From contig VJWM01000218.1 of the NCBI GenBank assembly GCA_010909165.1, positions 1 through 64,000 on the forward strand: 64,000 nucleotides of DNA, in the 5' to 3' direction. The translations under genes were made by a program, and so were the position numbers. The notes beneath the pieces are model-generated. The model saw only the letters and a list, made by a program, of their open reading frames with translations, did not search any database and was not told the DNA's origin. This stretch comes from Anthoceros angustus. Its lineage: Eukaryota; Plantae; Anthocerotophyta. The stretch's first letter is position 1. Each line of letters starts with the position of its first letter. Positions 13,396 through 27,300 of this stretch are shown here, piece after piece.

Positions 13396-13609
13396 ATGGC
13401 AACATCTATGAGATTTGGATGATGTTTCCTTGCTAATTTTCTTGGTCTTCTACTCATGTTTCCGAGCATGCTCGGATATACTAGAGTCACTTACCAAACA
13501 TCAAGAGGATAGATCGATAATAGCTAGCATCTATCTTGAGCTAGCTCCAAGAAAACCACCAAGTAGTGCTAGCCACAGTAATGAGCCCCGAGAAGCCTCC
13601 TCCATTTAG
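13396..13609 (+). pseudogene. Single-motif paralog of the peptide precursor with premature stop at codon 9
   Basis: MATSMRFG*CFLANFLGLLLMFPSML...ELAPRKPPSSASHSNEP; TGA aligns with CGA (Arg) of the intact gene. Confidence 0.8.
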
Positions 13610-16226
13610 AATATTTGAGAAAATTAAGAGCAACAAGTGAGCCCATTTGATATAAAGAATCCCTATGGGAGTTTCTTTCCCACCATGCCTTTTCCTCTTG
13701 GTTTTCCATCCACCTTTTGATTTTTGTACTTAGTACTTGACACGATGGAGCGAATGGAGACAAAACTTTGAACTCAAAACTAAGGCCATCTACCTTGCGC
13801 ATTGAAAAATGGGTTGGGGGCATTCACAAAGTTTCTCAAACAACCTATCTCAGCGCAACAACTAGAACTAGATGGCGCTCATGACGGATAGATGCATGAA
13901 GTTTATTACACGCACTTGGGAAACTAGCTGCCCTATGCAAGATAGGAAATGCCTCTAGCAATACTAAGTCACCCTAGTATCACTATCATTTGTATAATAC
14001 AAGTATGGAGAAGGGGAGCAGAGAACCGGAGACGGAGGAACTTATATAGAGGTGGGGGACGATGAATCGTCGAGAGCACCGTGAACTTCGCTATTGGGAG
14101 TGTATGGTCGCGCAATGCCGAACAAAAGGAACTCCTAGCGTATGCCAAACTCCTCCGCAGCACCTCAAAAATGGGCGCCTCGCTAAAGCCGGGCTAGGAT
14201 GCGGGATGTAGATGGCGAGAGACCCTAGGATCGTAACTTAGCGAACCACGGTTCGTTTGGTAAACCCGATGACATGTTAAGGAAGGCCAAGGATTCTTAG
14301 AGGGTGATGTATAATCTATGACAAAATCTATGTAAAAGTAGCATCACAAAATAGACCTCAAAAGTCGCAACAAGGCATATTTTCTAGAATTTCATACATC
14401 AAAAATTTGAGAGAAAAAGGCAAAAAGAGAACTAGAGACTCAATATGAGTGAGCTGGGAATTTGGGGTTAAGGAAAGGGAGAGGTGTGCTGATGGTTTTG
14501 GTGCGTGTGGAACCTCCTAGTTAGTCTTCTCATTTCTTGTGGTTCCGTTGATAGGGTTTTACTTGTACACTCATAGGCCATGGTTCCTAGTAGGTTCCAA
14601 ATTTGTATTGGCGGATTTTGGCTTTGTGGCGGTGTCCTTGTGATGATTTGGAGGTTTTGGTTTTCGATCGCTGGCGACGGGGGCTTTGGCTCCGATTCTG
14701 GCTCTTCTCGGTTGCTCGTGTTCTTGGTGTTGCGTAATCGGATGATGGTGAATTGGGGCCCGAGCTGTGAGGTTAATTTTGTCTACAAGTTACATTTGGT
14801 ATGAGGGGTTTGTTTTGCTCTCGCTTGGCAAGGGAGGCGCTATTTTGATCTATGGAGGATGAGGTTTCGCTTCTCTTAGTATCATTTTCGGTCTCAATTT
14901 GCGGTTTCAAAATAAAGCGTGATTTTTCACAAAATAAAACCATGCTCCCGAAGCCGCTTAACAAAAGGGATGAGTCCACCCCAATACCTATTAGAACTCA
15001 CGATGTCTCATTTGAGGGAAGCCAATGTGCCTTTTCCAAGAGGCACTTATGTAGTTATTTGGGTTTCTTCCTTCTAGCGAGGAATTGCAAGATATATATT
15101 AATACATATTTATTTATAGATCATTAGGCGTATGCAGCCATGAGGCTATGATGCCTCTATTTACATTTTTTTTCACCAGCAATGCTTGCAGTAGGTAGAT
15201 TTTTTCAAATTCCTAATTCTAATATTATAAAAGCAGAAAGAGGTTTTGGTCCTATGGAGCTTGTTGTGGTGTATATTAATACATATAGACCACAGTAAGT
15301 GCATTTAAAATCCTACAATTTGGAAAGTCTACATTTTAGATAAGCCTATGGAGGTAGTTCTAGATGGAACATACATCCAAGATAAAGCTGCCAAGTTGAA
15401 GAGACTGTTGGCAAAACATTAAAACAAGGTCCTCATTTGAGACACTATCACCAAGTCATTCAAATACCTTGATGGAGCTAGCCCTAAATGGAACACATAC
15501 CCAAAGACGAAGGCCCCTTAACAATCATCAAGTATTTATGATAACCTTGTGGAGTTTGCTCGAGACGAAACAAACGCTCAAGCACGCGCTTCCTTGAAGA
15601 GAGTAGGTTCCCATTATAACATTGTACCACCAAGTATGTCAAATCACCTTGTGGAGTGTGACCGAGAGGAACATACGCACAAGTACAAAGTCCCTTGAAG
15701 AAACTAGGTCAAATACCTACAATCAAACTTGGGTAGGTACCCATCCATTATTCTTCCGTTGACGTGAAGAGTCGGGTATCAAATTTGAGGTTGAGCGTTA
15801 TTATCCTAGCATTATTCTAAAAATGTCGAGATAAGAAAGGTAATTTCAAAGAAAAATAGAAGTGTAGGAGAGGGACAATGTGTGTGTGGGGGGGTAACTA
15901 GTGGAGAAAGTGATTGGGAAGCAGAGAGTATGGGGTGCAAGAAGAAAAGAAAAGGAAGGAGGGACAAGATTTATGAGTAAAAGGAAATATTATAAAAATA
16001 GAAATAGATTGAAAAAATAAAACATAAAATATGGAAAAGAGTGAAAAAGATAGAAGATAAAAAGAAAAAGAAAAAGTGAAGAAGATATCAAACAAAAATT
16101 AAGCTGAATACCTAGTTGAAATCTCCTTTTGATATTATGTACTGAAGAAGAATAAAGTCATTGAATTTAGGTAACATGGATCGACAAGAAAAAGATTGTA
16201 TATCGAGAAATAAATGAGTTGGTTCT

Positions 16227-16234
16227 CTATATAT
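16227..16234 (+). promoter_or_regulatory. Putative TATA box of the peptide precursor gene (repeated in every unit)
   Basis: CTATATAT ~285 bp upstream of the ATG, followed ~15-30 bp later by pyrimidine/CA-rich CTCATCACAATTTCAC. Confidence 0.5.
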
Positions 16235-16285
16235 GTACATGTCCTCTCATCACAATTTCACATATTTGTTGCACTTGCTATCTCC

Positions 16286-16503
16286 GTGAGTTATTCTCTT
16301 ATTAGGTACATTTGTCGTTAGGTTTGATTGTAGTATTGCTCTTAGATTTGCTTAGGTTTGATTGTGATATTGCTCTTAGATTTGCTTAGATGTGATTGTA
16401 ATTTTGGTCTTAGACTTGTTGTGCATTGAAATGGGTAGAGTATTGGCGAAGATCTTTTGTATAGAAAATGTAACGATTGCTTGATGTTGCTTGGTTTGTG
16501 TAG
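16286..16503 (+). other. Putative 5'-UTR intron of the peptide gene (repeated in every unit)
   Basis: Donor candidates GTGAGT (16286) or AG|GTACAT (16306); T-rich body with a ~34-bp tandem repeat (TTAGGTTTGATTGT....TTGCTCTTAGATTTGC); acceptor TTGGTTTGTGTAG 8 nt before the ATG. Confidence 0.5.
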
Positions 16504-16511
16504 CTAGAGAA

Positions 16512-17119
16512 ATGGCGACATCTATGGATTTGGACGATCTTTCCTTGCTATTTTCCTTGCTCTTCTACTCATGTTTCCAAGCATATTGCTAGGCGATTAG
16601 GAGTCACTTGCGAACGTCAAGAGGATAGATATTGATGACGATGATATTGAGGGCTCCACGAAAACCGCCTAGTGGTCCTAGCCCCAAGAATGAGCCGTGG
16701 ATGCCTCCTCTAGATCCACAGGTGATTGTTCGAGGAGACGAAGGCATCTTGAGGGCTCCTAGAAACCACCTAGTGGTGCTAGCCTGTAATGAGCCCGGGA
16801 TGCCTCCTCTCGATGTAGAGAAAGTGACTGCTCAAGGAGACGACGCATCTTGAGGGCTCCAGTGAAACCACCTAGCGGTGCTAGCTCGGCAATGAGCCCG
16901 GGATGCCTCTAGAGGCAAAGAAAGTAATTGTTGAGGGCACAAAGGCATCTTGAGAGCTCCAAGAAAACCACCTAGTGGTGCTAGCCCCGGCAATGAGCTG
17001 GATGCCTCCTCTAGATCCATCAAGGTGACTCTTGAGGAGACGAGCGCATCTTGAGGGCTCCACGAAACCACCTAGCGGTGCTAGCCGGCAATGAGCACAG
17101 GATGCCTCTAGATCCATAG
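16512..17119 (+). CDS. Secreted polypeptide precursor, 5 CLE/IDA-like RKPPSG(P/A)S..N motifs (copy 1; indels in assembly)
   Basis: Signal-peptide-coding start shared with other copies; five ~102-bp repeats reading ILRAPRKPPSG(P/A)SxxNEPxMPPLD; TAG stop. Frame continuity needs indel correction. Confidence 0.7.
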
Positions 17120-18815
17120 AGAGTCATTTTTCAACTTGTCAATATTGAGTGTAGAAGTAATGGCTCATACAAGGCACAAGTGGGAATTATAATGTGCATA
17201 TGTCGCTCACCCTTGGACACCCTTTTCGTTGGGAAGGTGTGGTATTGAAACGGGAGATATTTTCTTGTCGATATTTATTGAAGAATTTAACGAACTTATT
17301 ATGTTAACAATAAACAATAATTCGGATTTACTAACTATTGATCTTTTGATGTTAATACGACATTAAAGGGAATATGTTACTTGACCCCATCATTTCACTC
17401 CGGAACAAGGATGTGGAAATGCATGTCACACCATTTGGTCTACACCGTGGCTTTAGCATCGTCTGAGAAGACGATCCCCAGATGAGCCCCATTGCATATA
17501 GCACCAGCCCAAGCCGTTGAGAGGGATGGGAGAAAAGTGATAGCAAGCTGCACAAAGCACCAAGCCGTTGAGAGGGATGGGAGAAAAGTGATAGCAAGCC
17601 TGTCTACACACCAAGCAGTGGAATTGAAGGACAAGACTACCGCACTGTGAATACGCAAGTTTCTTGAGGAGTGGCGAAATGGTCATCGGTGAAACCACCT
17701 AGCGGTGCTAGCCTGCAATGAGCCCGGGATGCCTCCTCTAGATCCACAGGTGATTGTTCGAGGAGGCTTGGCGGTAGCTGGAAACCGTGAGTACTTGCAT
17801 CTTGCAGCATGATAGACCCGAGCTCGCGATGGAGAAAGAATTAGGACACGGACTTAGAATATCTAGGAGATTGGAGACAGGGGTAGCCGCAAAAACCCCT
17901 TAGGTTGAAAGGTCCTCTCATGTTACACATTGGTATGCCAAAAATGAACCTACCTAGCTCAAGACCGCGAGGACATCCAAGCCCTCGGGACAAGGTATTG
18001 GGTCCCATCCTTTCCTTTGAAGTCGCTTTCCTACATACTTGGAGTACAAACGCTGCTAGAGGACATCTACAACGGCTTCCACACACCGCTCCATCTAGTC
18101 CGTACAATACTAATGAACTTACCGCCACTGCATCACAACTCAAGGTCCGATCCACCAAGATTGGAGTATTCACGGACCCCAACCGCCGGAGCTCTACTCG
18201 CGTTGCTACCTCGAGCAGGCGCGGACGCTGGTCCTTCACCAGGCGAGGCCGGTGGCCAGACTTGCAGTGAGCCTGCGGCTAAACTCTCCTTATGTCAAGG
18301 GGAGAAATTCCATATAGTGCAAGGAATCGATCTCGATCTTCGAGAGGTGTTCTCCTAGGACGTTTAGAATCGTGCTACTATCTAAGAGTTTGATTCTATA
18401 GGATTTCTGTTCAACTCACCGTGCTTTGAGGTGATCGAACACTTTTAGACCGGACTTGCTCTTGACGACACCCATTGCTCCGCGTCATTGCATATTTGCT
18501 TATCACGAATTTGGACAACAAAATAAAGGTGTAGCACTAGCGACCACGAGGTCCTAGGATACGACTAGTCTGCAATGTATGAAGCGGGTAATCAATCTAC
18601 AAACATTTAATCGAGTACTTGGGGCTATGATACCATATTAACAACAAAAACTATAGAGAACTTGTACAATTGAATAAGTGCAACTAATCGATCAATTACA
18701 AAATTATCCTAAATACTTGTGTGGTGGTATTGTGGTGTATGTTCAAAATTAACCTAAATGAATAAATAATATTGGATAGGTTAAATTACCCTAACCTCTA
18801 ATGTAGCTAAAGAAA

Positions 18816-19030
18816 ATGGCAACATCTATGAGATTTGGATGATGTTTCCTTGCTAATTTTCTTGGTCTTCTACTCATGTTTCGAGCATGCTCGGATATAC
18901 TAGGAGTCACTTACCAAACATCAAGAGGATAGAATCGATAATAGCTAGCATCTATCTTGAGCTAGCTCCAAGAAAACCACCAAGTAGTGCTAGCCACAGT
19001 AATGAGCCCCGAGAAGCCTCCTCCATTTAG
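18816..19030 (+). pseudogene. Single-motif paralog pseudogene
   Basis: Same sequence as 13396-13609, including the TGA. Confidence 0.8.
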
Positions 19031-21904
19031 AATATTTGAGAAAAATTAAGAGCAACATCAAGTGAGCCCATTTGATATAAAGAATCCCTATGGGAGTTTC
19101 TTTCCCACCATGCCTTTTCCTCTTGGTTTCTCCATCCACCTTTTGATTTTTGTACTTAGTACTTGACACGATGGAGCGAATGGAGACAAAAACTTTGAAC
19201 TCAAAACTAAGGCCATCTACCTTGCGCATTGAAAAATGGGTTGGGGCATTCACAAAGTTTCTCAAACAACCTATCTCATGGCGCAACAACTAGAACTAGA
19301 TGGCGCTCACGGATAGATGCATGAAGTTTATTACACGCACTTGGGAAACTAGCTGCCCTATGCAAGATAGGGAAATGCCTCTAGCAATACTAAGTCACCC
19401 TAGTATCACTATCATTTGTATAATACAAGTATGGAGAAGGGGAGCAGAGAACACGGAGACGGAGGAACTTATATAGAGGTGGGGGCGATGAATCGTCGAG
19501 AGCACCGTGAACTTCGCTATTGGGAGCGGATGGCCTGCGGTGAACAAAAGGAACTCCTAGCGTATGCCAAACTCCTCCGCAGCACCTCAAAATGGGCGCC
19601 CGCTAAAGCCGGGCTAGGATGCGGGATGTAGATGGCGAGAGACCCTAGGATCGTAACTTAGCGAACCACGGTTCGTTTGGTAAACCCGATGACATGTTAA
19701 GGAAGGCCAAGGATTCTTAGAGGGTGATGTATAATCTATGACAAAATCTATGTAAAAGTAGCATCACAAAATAGACCTCAAAAGTCGCAACAAGGGCATA
19801 TTTTCTAGAATTTCATACATCAAAATTTGAGAGAAAAAGGCAAAAAGAGAACTAGAGACTCATATGAGTGAGCTGGGAATTTGGGGTTAAGGAAAGGGAG
19901 AGGTGTCTGATGGTTTTGGTGCGTGTGGAACCTCCTAGTTAGTCTTCTCATTTCTTGTGGTTCCGTTGATAGGGTTTTACTTGTACACTCATAGGCCATG
20001 GTTCCTAGTAGGTTCCAAATTTGTATTGGCGGATTTTGGCTTTGTGTGTCCTTGTGATGATTTGGAGGTTTTGGTTTTCGATCGCTGGCGATGGGGGCTT
20101 TGGCTCGATTCTGGCTCTTCTCGGTTGCTCGGGTTCTTGGTGTTGCGTGCCGGATGATGGTGAATTAGGGCCCGAGCTGTAGGTTAATTTTGTCTACAAG
20201 TTACATTTGGTATGAGGGGTTTGCTCTCGTCTTCGCTTGGCAAGGGAGGCGCTATTTTGATCTATGGAGGATGAGGTTTCGCTTCTCTTAGTATCATTTT
20301 CGGTCTCAATTTGGTTTCAAAATAAAGCGTGATTTTTCACAAAATAAAAACCATGCTCCCAAGCCGCTTAACGATGGATGAGTCCACCCCAATACCTATT
20401 AGAACTCACGATGTCTCATTTGAGGAAGCCAATGTGCCTTTTCCAAGAGGCACTTATGTAGTTATTTGGGTTTCTTCCTTCTAGCGAGTAATTGCAAGAT
20501 ATATATTAATACATATTTATTTATAGATCATTAGGCGTATGCAGCCATGAGGCTATGATGCCTCTATTTACATTTTTTCACCAGCAATGCTTGCGGTAGA
20601 TTTTTCAAATTCTAATTCTAATATTATAATAGCGTAAAGAGGTTTTGGTCCTATGGAGCTTGTTGTGGTGTATATTAATACATATAGACCACAATAAGTG
20701 CATTTAAAACCCTACAATTTGGAAAGTCTACATTTTAGATAAGCCTATGGAGGTAGTTCTAGATGGAACATACATCCAAGATAAAGCCAAGTTGAAGAGG
20801 CTGGCAAAACATTAAAACAAGGTCCTCATTTGACACTATCACCAAGTCATTCAAAATACCTTGATGGAGCTAGCCCTAAATGGAACACATACCCAAAGAC
20901 GAAGGCCCCTTAACAATCATCAAGTATTTATGATAACCTTGTGGAGTTTGCTCGAGACGAAACAAACGCTCAAGCACGGCTTCCTTGAAGAGAGTAGGTT
21001 CCCATTATAACATTGTACCACCAAGTATGTCAAATCACCTTGTGGAGTGTGACCAGAGGAACATACGCACAAGTACAAAGTCCCTTGAAGAAACTAGGTC
21101 AAATACCTACAATCAAACTTGGGTAGGTACCCATCCATTATTCTTCCGTTGACGTGAAGAGTGGTGTATCAAATTTGAGGTTGAGTTATTATCCTAGCAT
21201 TATTCTAAAAATGTCGAGATAAGAAAGGTAATTTCAAAGAAAAATAGAAGTGTAGGAGAGGGGACAATGTGTGTGTGTTGGGGGTAACTAGTGGAGAAAG
21301 TGATTGGGAGCGAGAGAGTATGGGGTGCAAGAAGAAAAGAAAAGGAAGGAGGGACAAGATTTATGAGTAAAAGGAAATATTATAAAAATAGAAATAGATT
21401 GAAAAAATAAAACATAAAATATGGAAAAGAGTGAAAAAGATAGAAGATAAAAAGAAAAAGAAAAAGTGAAGAAGATATCAAACAAAAATTGTTTGAATAC
21501 CTAGTTGAAATCTTCTTTTGATATTATGTATTGAAGAAGAATAAAGTCATTGAATTTAGGTAACATGGGATCGATAAGAAAAAGATTGTATATCGAGATA
21601 TAAATGAGTTTGTTCTCTATATATGTACAAGTCCTCTCATCACAATTTCACATATTTGACGCACTTGCTATCTCCTCGTGAGTTATTCTCTTATTAGGTA
21701 CATTTGTCGTTAGGTTTGATTGTAGTATTGCTCTTAGATTTGCTTAGGTTTGATTGTGATATTGCTCTTAGATTTGCTTAGATGTGATTGTAATTTTGGT
21801 CTTAGACTTGTTGTGCATTGAAATGGGTAGAGTATTGGCGAAGATCTTTTGTATAGAAAATGTAACGATTGCTTGATGTTGCTTGGTTTGTGTAGCTAGA
21901 GAAA

Positions 21905-22517
21905 ATGGCGACATCTATGGGATTTGGACGATCTTTCCTTGCTATTTTCCTTGCTCTTCTACTCATGTTTCCAAGCATATTGCTAGGCGTACTAGGAGTC
22001 ACTTGCAACGCCAAGAGGATAGATATTGATGACAAGATATTGAGGGCTCCACGAAACCGCCTTAGTGGTCCTAGCCCGAATGAGCCGGGATGCCTCCTCT
22101 AGATCCACGTAAGGTGATTGTTCGAGGAGACGACGCATCTTGAGGGCTCCTAGAAAACCACCTAGTGGTGCTAGCCACAGTAATGAGCCCGGATGCCTCC
22201 TCGATGTAGAGAAAGTGACTGCTCAAGGAGACGACGCATCTTGAGGGCTCCACGGAAACCACCTAGCGGTGCTAGCTCGGCAATGAGCTGGGATGCCTCC
22301 TCTAGAGGCAAAGAAAGTAATTGTTGGAGGCACAAAGGCATCTTGAGAGCTCCAAGAAAACCACCTAGTGGTGCTAGCCACAGCAATGAGCACAGGATGC
22401 CTCCTCTAGATCCATCAAGGTGACTCTTGAGGAGACGAGCGCATCTTGAGGGCTCCACGGAAACCACCTAGCGGTGCTAGCCGCAATGAGCACAGGATGC
22501 CTCCTCTAGATCCATAG
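21905..22517 (+). CDS. Secreted polypeptide precursor, 5 motifs (copy 2)
   Basis: ORF track: MATSMGFGRSFLAIFLALLLMFPSILLGVLGVTCNAKRIDIDDKILRAPR (n-region R, hydrophobic core), then ILRAPRKPPSGAS repeats ending NEHRMPPLDP*. Confidence 0.75.
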
Positions 22518-24156
22518 AGAGTCATTTTTCAACTTGTCAATATTGAGTGTAGAAGTAATGGCTCATACAAGGCACAAGTGGGAATTATAATGTGCATATG
22601 TCGCTCACCCTTGGACACCCTTTTCGTTGGGAAGGTGTGGTATTGAAACGGGAGATATTTTCTTGTCGTATATTTATTGAAGAATTTAACTGAACTTATT
22701 ATGTTAACAATAAACAATAATTCGGATTTACTAACTATTGATCTTTTGATGTTAATACGACATTAAAGGGAATGTGTTACTTGACCCCATCATTTCACTC
22801 CGGAACAAGGATGTGGAAATGCATGTCACACCATTTGGTCTACACCGTGGCTTTAGCCGATACGAGAAGACGATCCCCCATCGATGAGCCCCATTGCATA
22901 TAGCACCACCAAGCCGTTGAGAGGGATGGAGAAAGTGATAGCAAGCTGCCTACACAAAGACCAAGCGGTGGAATTGAAGGACAAGACTACCGCACGGTGT
23001 GAATACGCAAGTTTCGAGGAGTGGCGAAATGGTCATCGTGCAACTTTCAGCAAGATAATCCCACAATCGAACACTTTTAGACCGGACTTGATGTTGCTTG
23101 GTTTGTGTAGCTGAAACCAGTGAGTCGCATCTTGCGATGATAGACCCGAGCTCGCGATGGAGAAAGAATTAGGACACGGGACTTAGAATATCTAGGAGAT
23201 TGGAGACACAGGTAGCCGCAAAACCCCTTAGGTTGAAAGGTCCTCTCATGTTACAAGACATTGGTATGCCAAAATGAACCTACCTAGCTCAAGACCGCGA
23301 GGACATCCAAGCCCTCGTGACAAGGTATTGGGTCCCATCCTTTCCTTTGAAGTCGTTTCCTACATACTTGGAGTACAAACGCTTGCTAGAGGACATCTAC
23401 AACGGCTTCCACACACCGCTCCATCTAGTCCGTACAATACTAATGAACTTACCCCGCCACTGCATCACAACTCGGGCGGTCCAATGACCTGGTCCACCAA
23501 AGATTGGAGTATTCACGGACCCCAACCGGAGCTCTACTCGCGTTGCTACCTCGAGCAGGCGCGGACGCTGGTCCTTCACCAGCGAGGCCGGCCAGACTTG
23601 CAGTGAGCCTGCGGCTAAACTCTCCTTATGTCAAGGGGAGAAATTCCATATAGTGCAAGGAATCGATCTCCGATCTTCGAGAGGTGTTCTCCTAGGACGT
23701 TTAGAATCGGCTACTATCTAAGAGTTTGATTCTATAGGGATTTCTGTTCAACTCACTGTGCTTTGAGGTGATCACAACACTTTTAGACCGGACTTGCTCT
23801 TGACGACACCCATTGCTCCGCGTCATTGCATATTTGCTTATCACGAATTTGGACAACAAAATAAAGGTGTAGCACTAGCGACCACGAGGTCCTAGGATAG
23901 ACTAGTCTCGCAATGTATGAAGCGGGTAATCAATCTACAAACATTCGATCGAGTACTTGGGGCTATGATACCATATTAATAAATAAAACTATAGAGAACT
24001 TGTACAATTGAATAAGTGCAACTAATCGATCGAATTACAAAATTATCCTAAATACTTGTGTGGTGGTATTGTGGTGTATGTTCAAAATTAACCTAAATGA
24101 ATAAATAATATTGGATAGGTTAAATTAACCCTAACCTCTAACAGAAGCTAAAGAAA

Positions 24157-24374
24157 ATGGCAACATCTATGAGATTTGGATGATGTTTCCTTGCTAATTT
24201 TCTTGGTCTTCTACTCATGTTTCCGAGCATGCTCTGGATATACTAGGAGTCACTTACCAAACATCAAGAGGATAGATACCGATAATAGCTAGCATCTATC
24301 TTGAGCTAGCTCCAAGAAAACCACCAAGTAGTGCTAGCCACAGTAATGAGCCACGAGAAGCCTCCTCCATTTAG
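24157..24374 (+). pseudogene. Single-motif paralog pseudogene
   Basis: Same sequence as 13396-13609, including the TGA. Confidence 0.8.
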
Positions 24375-27300
24375 AATATTTGAGAAAAATTAAGAGCAAC
24401 AAGTGAGCCCATTTGATATAAAGAATCCCTATGGGAGTTTCTTTCCCACCATGCCTTTTCCTCTTGGTTTTCCATCCACCTTTTGATTTTTGTACTTAGT
24501 ACTTGACACGATGGAGCGAATGGAGACAAAAACTTTGAACTCAAAACTAAGGCCATCTACCTTGCATTGAAAAATGGGTTGGGGGCATTCACAAAGTTTC
24601 TCAAACAACCTATCTCACGCAACAACTAGAACTAGATGGCCCGCATGATAGATGCATGAAGTTTATTACACGCACTTGGGAAACTAGCTGCCCTATGCAA
24701 GATAGGAAATGCCTCTAGCAATACTAAGTCACCCTAGTATCACTATCATTTGTATAATACAAGTATGGAGAAGGGGAGCAGAACCCGGAGACGGAGGAAC
24801 TTATATAGAGGTGGGGGACGATGAATCGTCGAGAGCACCGTGAACTTCGCTATTGGGAGCGGATGGTCGCCTGCAGGTGAACAAAAGGAACTCCTAGCGT
24901 ATGCCAAACTCCTCCGCAGCACCTCAAAAATGGGCGCCCGCTAAAGCCGGGCTAGGATGCGGGATGTAGATGGCGAGAGACCCTAGGATCGTAATTTAGC
25001 GAACCACGGTTCGTTTGGTAAACCCGATGACATGTTAAGGAAGGCCAAGGATTCTTAGAGGTGATGTATAATCTATGACAAAATCTATGTAAAAGTAGCA
25101 TCACAAAATAGACCTCAAAAGCAACAAGGGCATATTTTCTAGAATTTCATACATCAAATTTGAGAGAAAAAAGAAAAAGGCAAAAAGAGAACTAGAGACT
25201 CAATATGAGTGAGCTGGGAATTTGGGGTTAAGGAAAGGGAGAGGTGTGCTGATGGTTTTGGTGCGTGTGGAACCTCCTAGTTAGTCTTCTCATTTCTTGT
25301 GGTTCCGTTGATAGGGGTTTTACTTGTACACTCATAGGCCATGGTTCCTAGTAGGTTCCAAATTTTGTATTGGCGGATTTTGGCTTTGTGGCGGTGTCCT
25401 TGTGATGATTTGGAGGTTTTGGTTTTCGATCGCTGGCGATGGGGGCTTTGGCTCCGATTCGGTGGCTCTTCTCGGTTGCTCGGGTTCTTGGTGTTGCGTA
25501 ATCGGATGATGGTGAATTAGGGCCCGAGTCTGTGAGGTTAATTTTGTCTACAAGTTACATTTGGTATGAGGGGTTTGTTTTGCTCTCGTCTTCGCTTGGC
25601 AAGGGAGGCGCTATTTTGATCTATGGAGGATGAGGTTGCTGGCTTCTCTTAGTATCATTTTCGGTCTCAATTTGCGGTTTCAAAATAAAGCGTGATTTTT
25701 TTCACAAAATAAAAACCATGCTCCCTGAAGCCGCTTAACAGTGGATGAGTCCACCCCAATACCTATTAGAACTCACGATGTCTCATTTGAGGAAGCCAAT
25801 GTGCCTTTTCCAAGAGGCACTTATGTAGTTATTTGGGTTTCTTCCTTCTAGCGAGTAATTGCAAGATATATATTAATACATATTTATTTATAGATCATTA
25901 GGCGATGCAGCCATGAGGCTATGATGCCTCTATTTACATTTTTTCACCAGCAATGCTTGCAGTAGATTTTTCAAATTCCTAATTCTAATATTATAATAGC
26001 GAAAGAGGTTTTGGTCCTATGGAGCTTGTTGTGGTGTATATTAATACATATAGACCACAATAAGTGCATTTAAAACCCTACAATTTGGAAAGTCTACATT
26101 TTAGATAAGCCTATGGAGGTAGTTCTAGATGGAACATACATCCAAGATAAAGTCGCCAAGTTGAAGAGACTGGCAAAACATTAAAACAAGGTCCTCATTT
26201 CAAGACACTATCACCAAGTCATTCAAATACCTTGATGGAGCTAGCCCTAAATGGAACACATACCCAGACGAAGGCCCTTAACAATCATCAAGTATTTATG
26301 ATAACCTTGTGGAGTTTGCTCGAGACGAAACAAACGCTCAAGCACGCGGCTTCCCTTGAAGAGAGTAGGTTCCCATTATAACATTGTACCACCAAGTATG
26401 TCAAATCACCTTGTGGAGTGTGACCGAGAGGGAACATATGCACAAGTACAAAGTCCCCTTGAAGAAACTAGGTCAAATACCTACAATCAAACTTGGGTAG
26501 GTACCCATCCATTATTCTTCTGTTGACGTGAAGAGCTGGGCGGGTATCAAATTTGAGGTTGAGCGCTGTTATTATCCTAGCATTATTCTAAAAATGTCGT
26601 AGATAAGAAAGGTAATTTCGAAGAAAAATAGAAGTGTAGGAGAGGGGGACAATGTGTGTGTGTTGGGGGAGGGGGGTAACTAGTGGAGAAAGTGATTGGG
26701 AACGAGAGAGTATGGGGTGCAAGAAGAAAAGAAAAGGAAGGAGGGACAAGATTTATGAGTAAAAAGGAAATATTATAAAAATAGAAATAGATTGAAAAAA
26801 ATAAAACATAAAATATGGAAAAGAGTGAAAAAGATAGAAGATAAAAAGAAAAAGAAAAAGTGAAGAAGATATCAAACAAAAATTGTGAATACCTAGTTGA
26901 AATCTTCTTTTGATATTATGTATTGAAGAAGAATAAAGTCATTGAATTTAGGTAACATGGGATCGACAAGAAAAAGATTGTATATCGAGATATAAATGAG
27001 TTTGTTCTCTATATATGTACATGTCCTCTCATCACAATTTCATACATCAAAAATTTGAGAGAAAAAAGGCAAAAAGAGAACTAGAGACTTATGAGTGAGC
27101 TGGGAATTTGGGGTTAAGGAAAGGGAGAGGTGTCCTTGTGATGATTTGGAGGTTTTGGTGGAACCTCCTAGTTAGTCTTCTCATTTCTTGTGGTTCCGTT
27201 GATAGGGTTTTACTTGTACACTCATAGGCCATGGTTCCTAGTAGGTCCAAATTTTGTATTGGCGGATTTTGGCTTTGTGTCCTTGTGATGATTTGGAGGT

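Noticed and set aside
13650-14300. Coding-like segment in each unit as a gene or second LINE fragment
   Set aside because: Stops in all frames and no motif I can identify with confidence.
15898-16095. Recurrent minus-strand F/S/I-rich 'membrane protein' ORF (MFDIFFTFSFSF...)
   Set aside because: It is a translation of an A/G-rich low-complexity tract, starts at TTG and changes frame between units.
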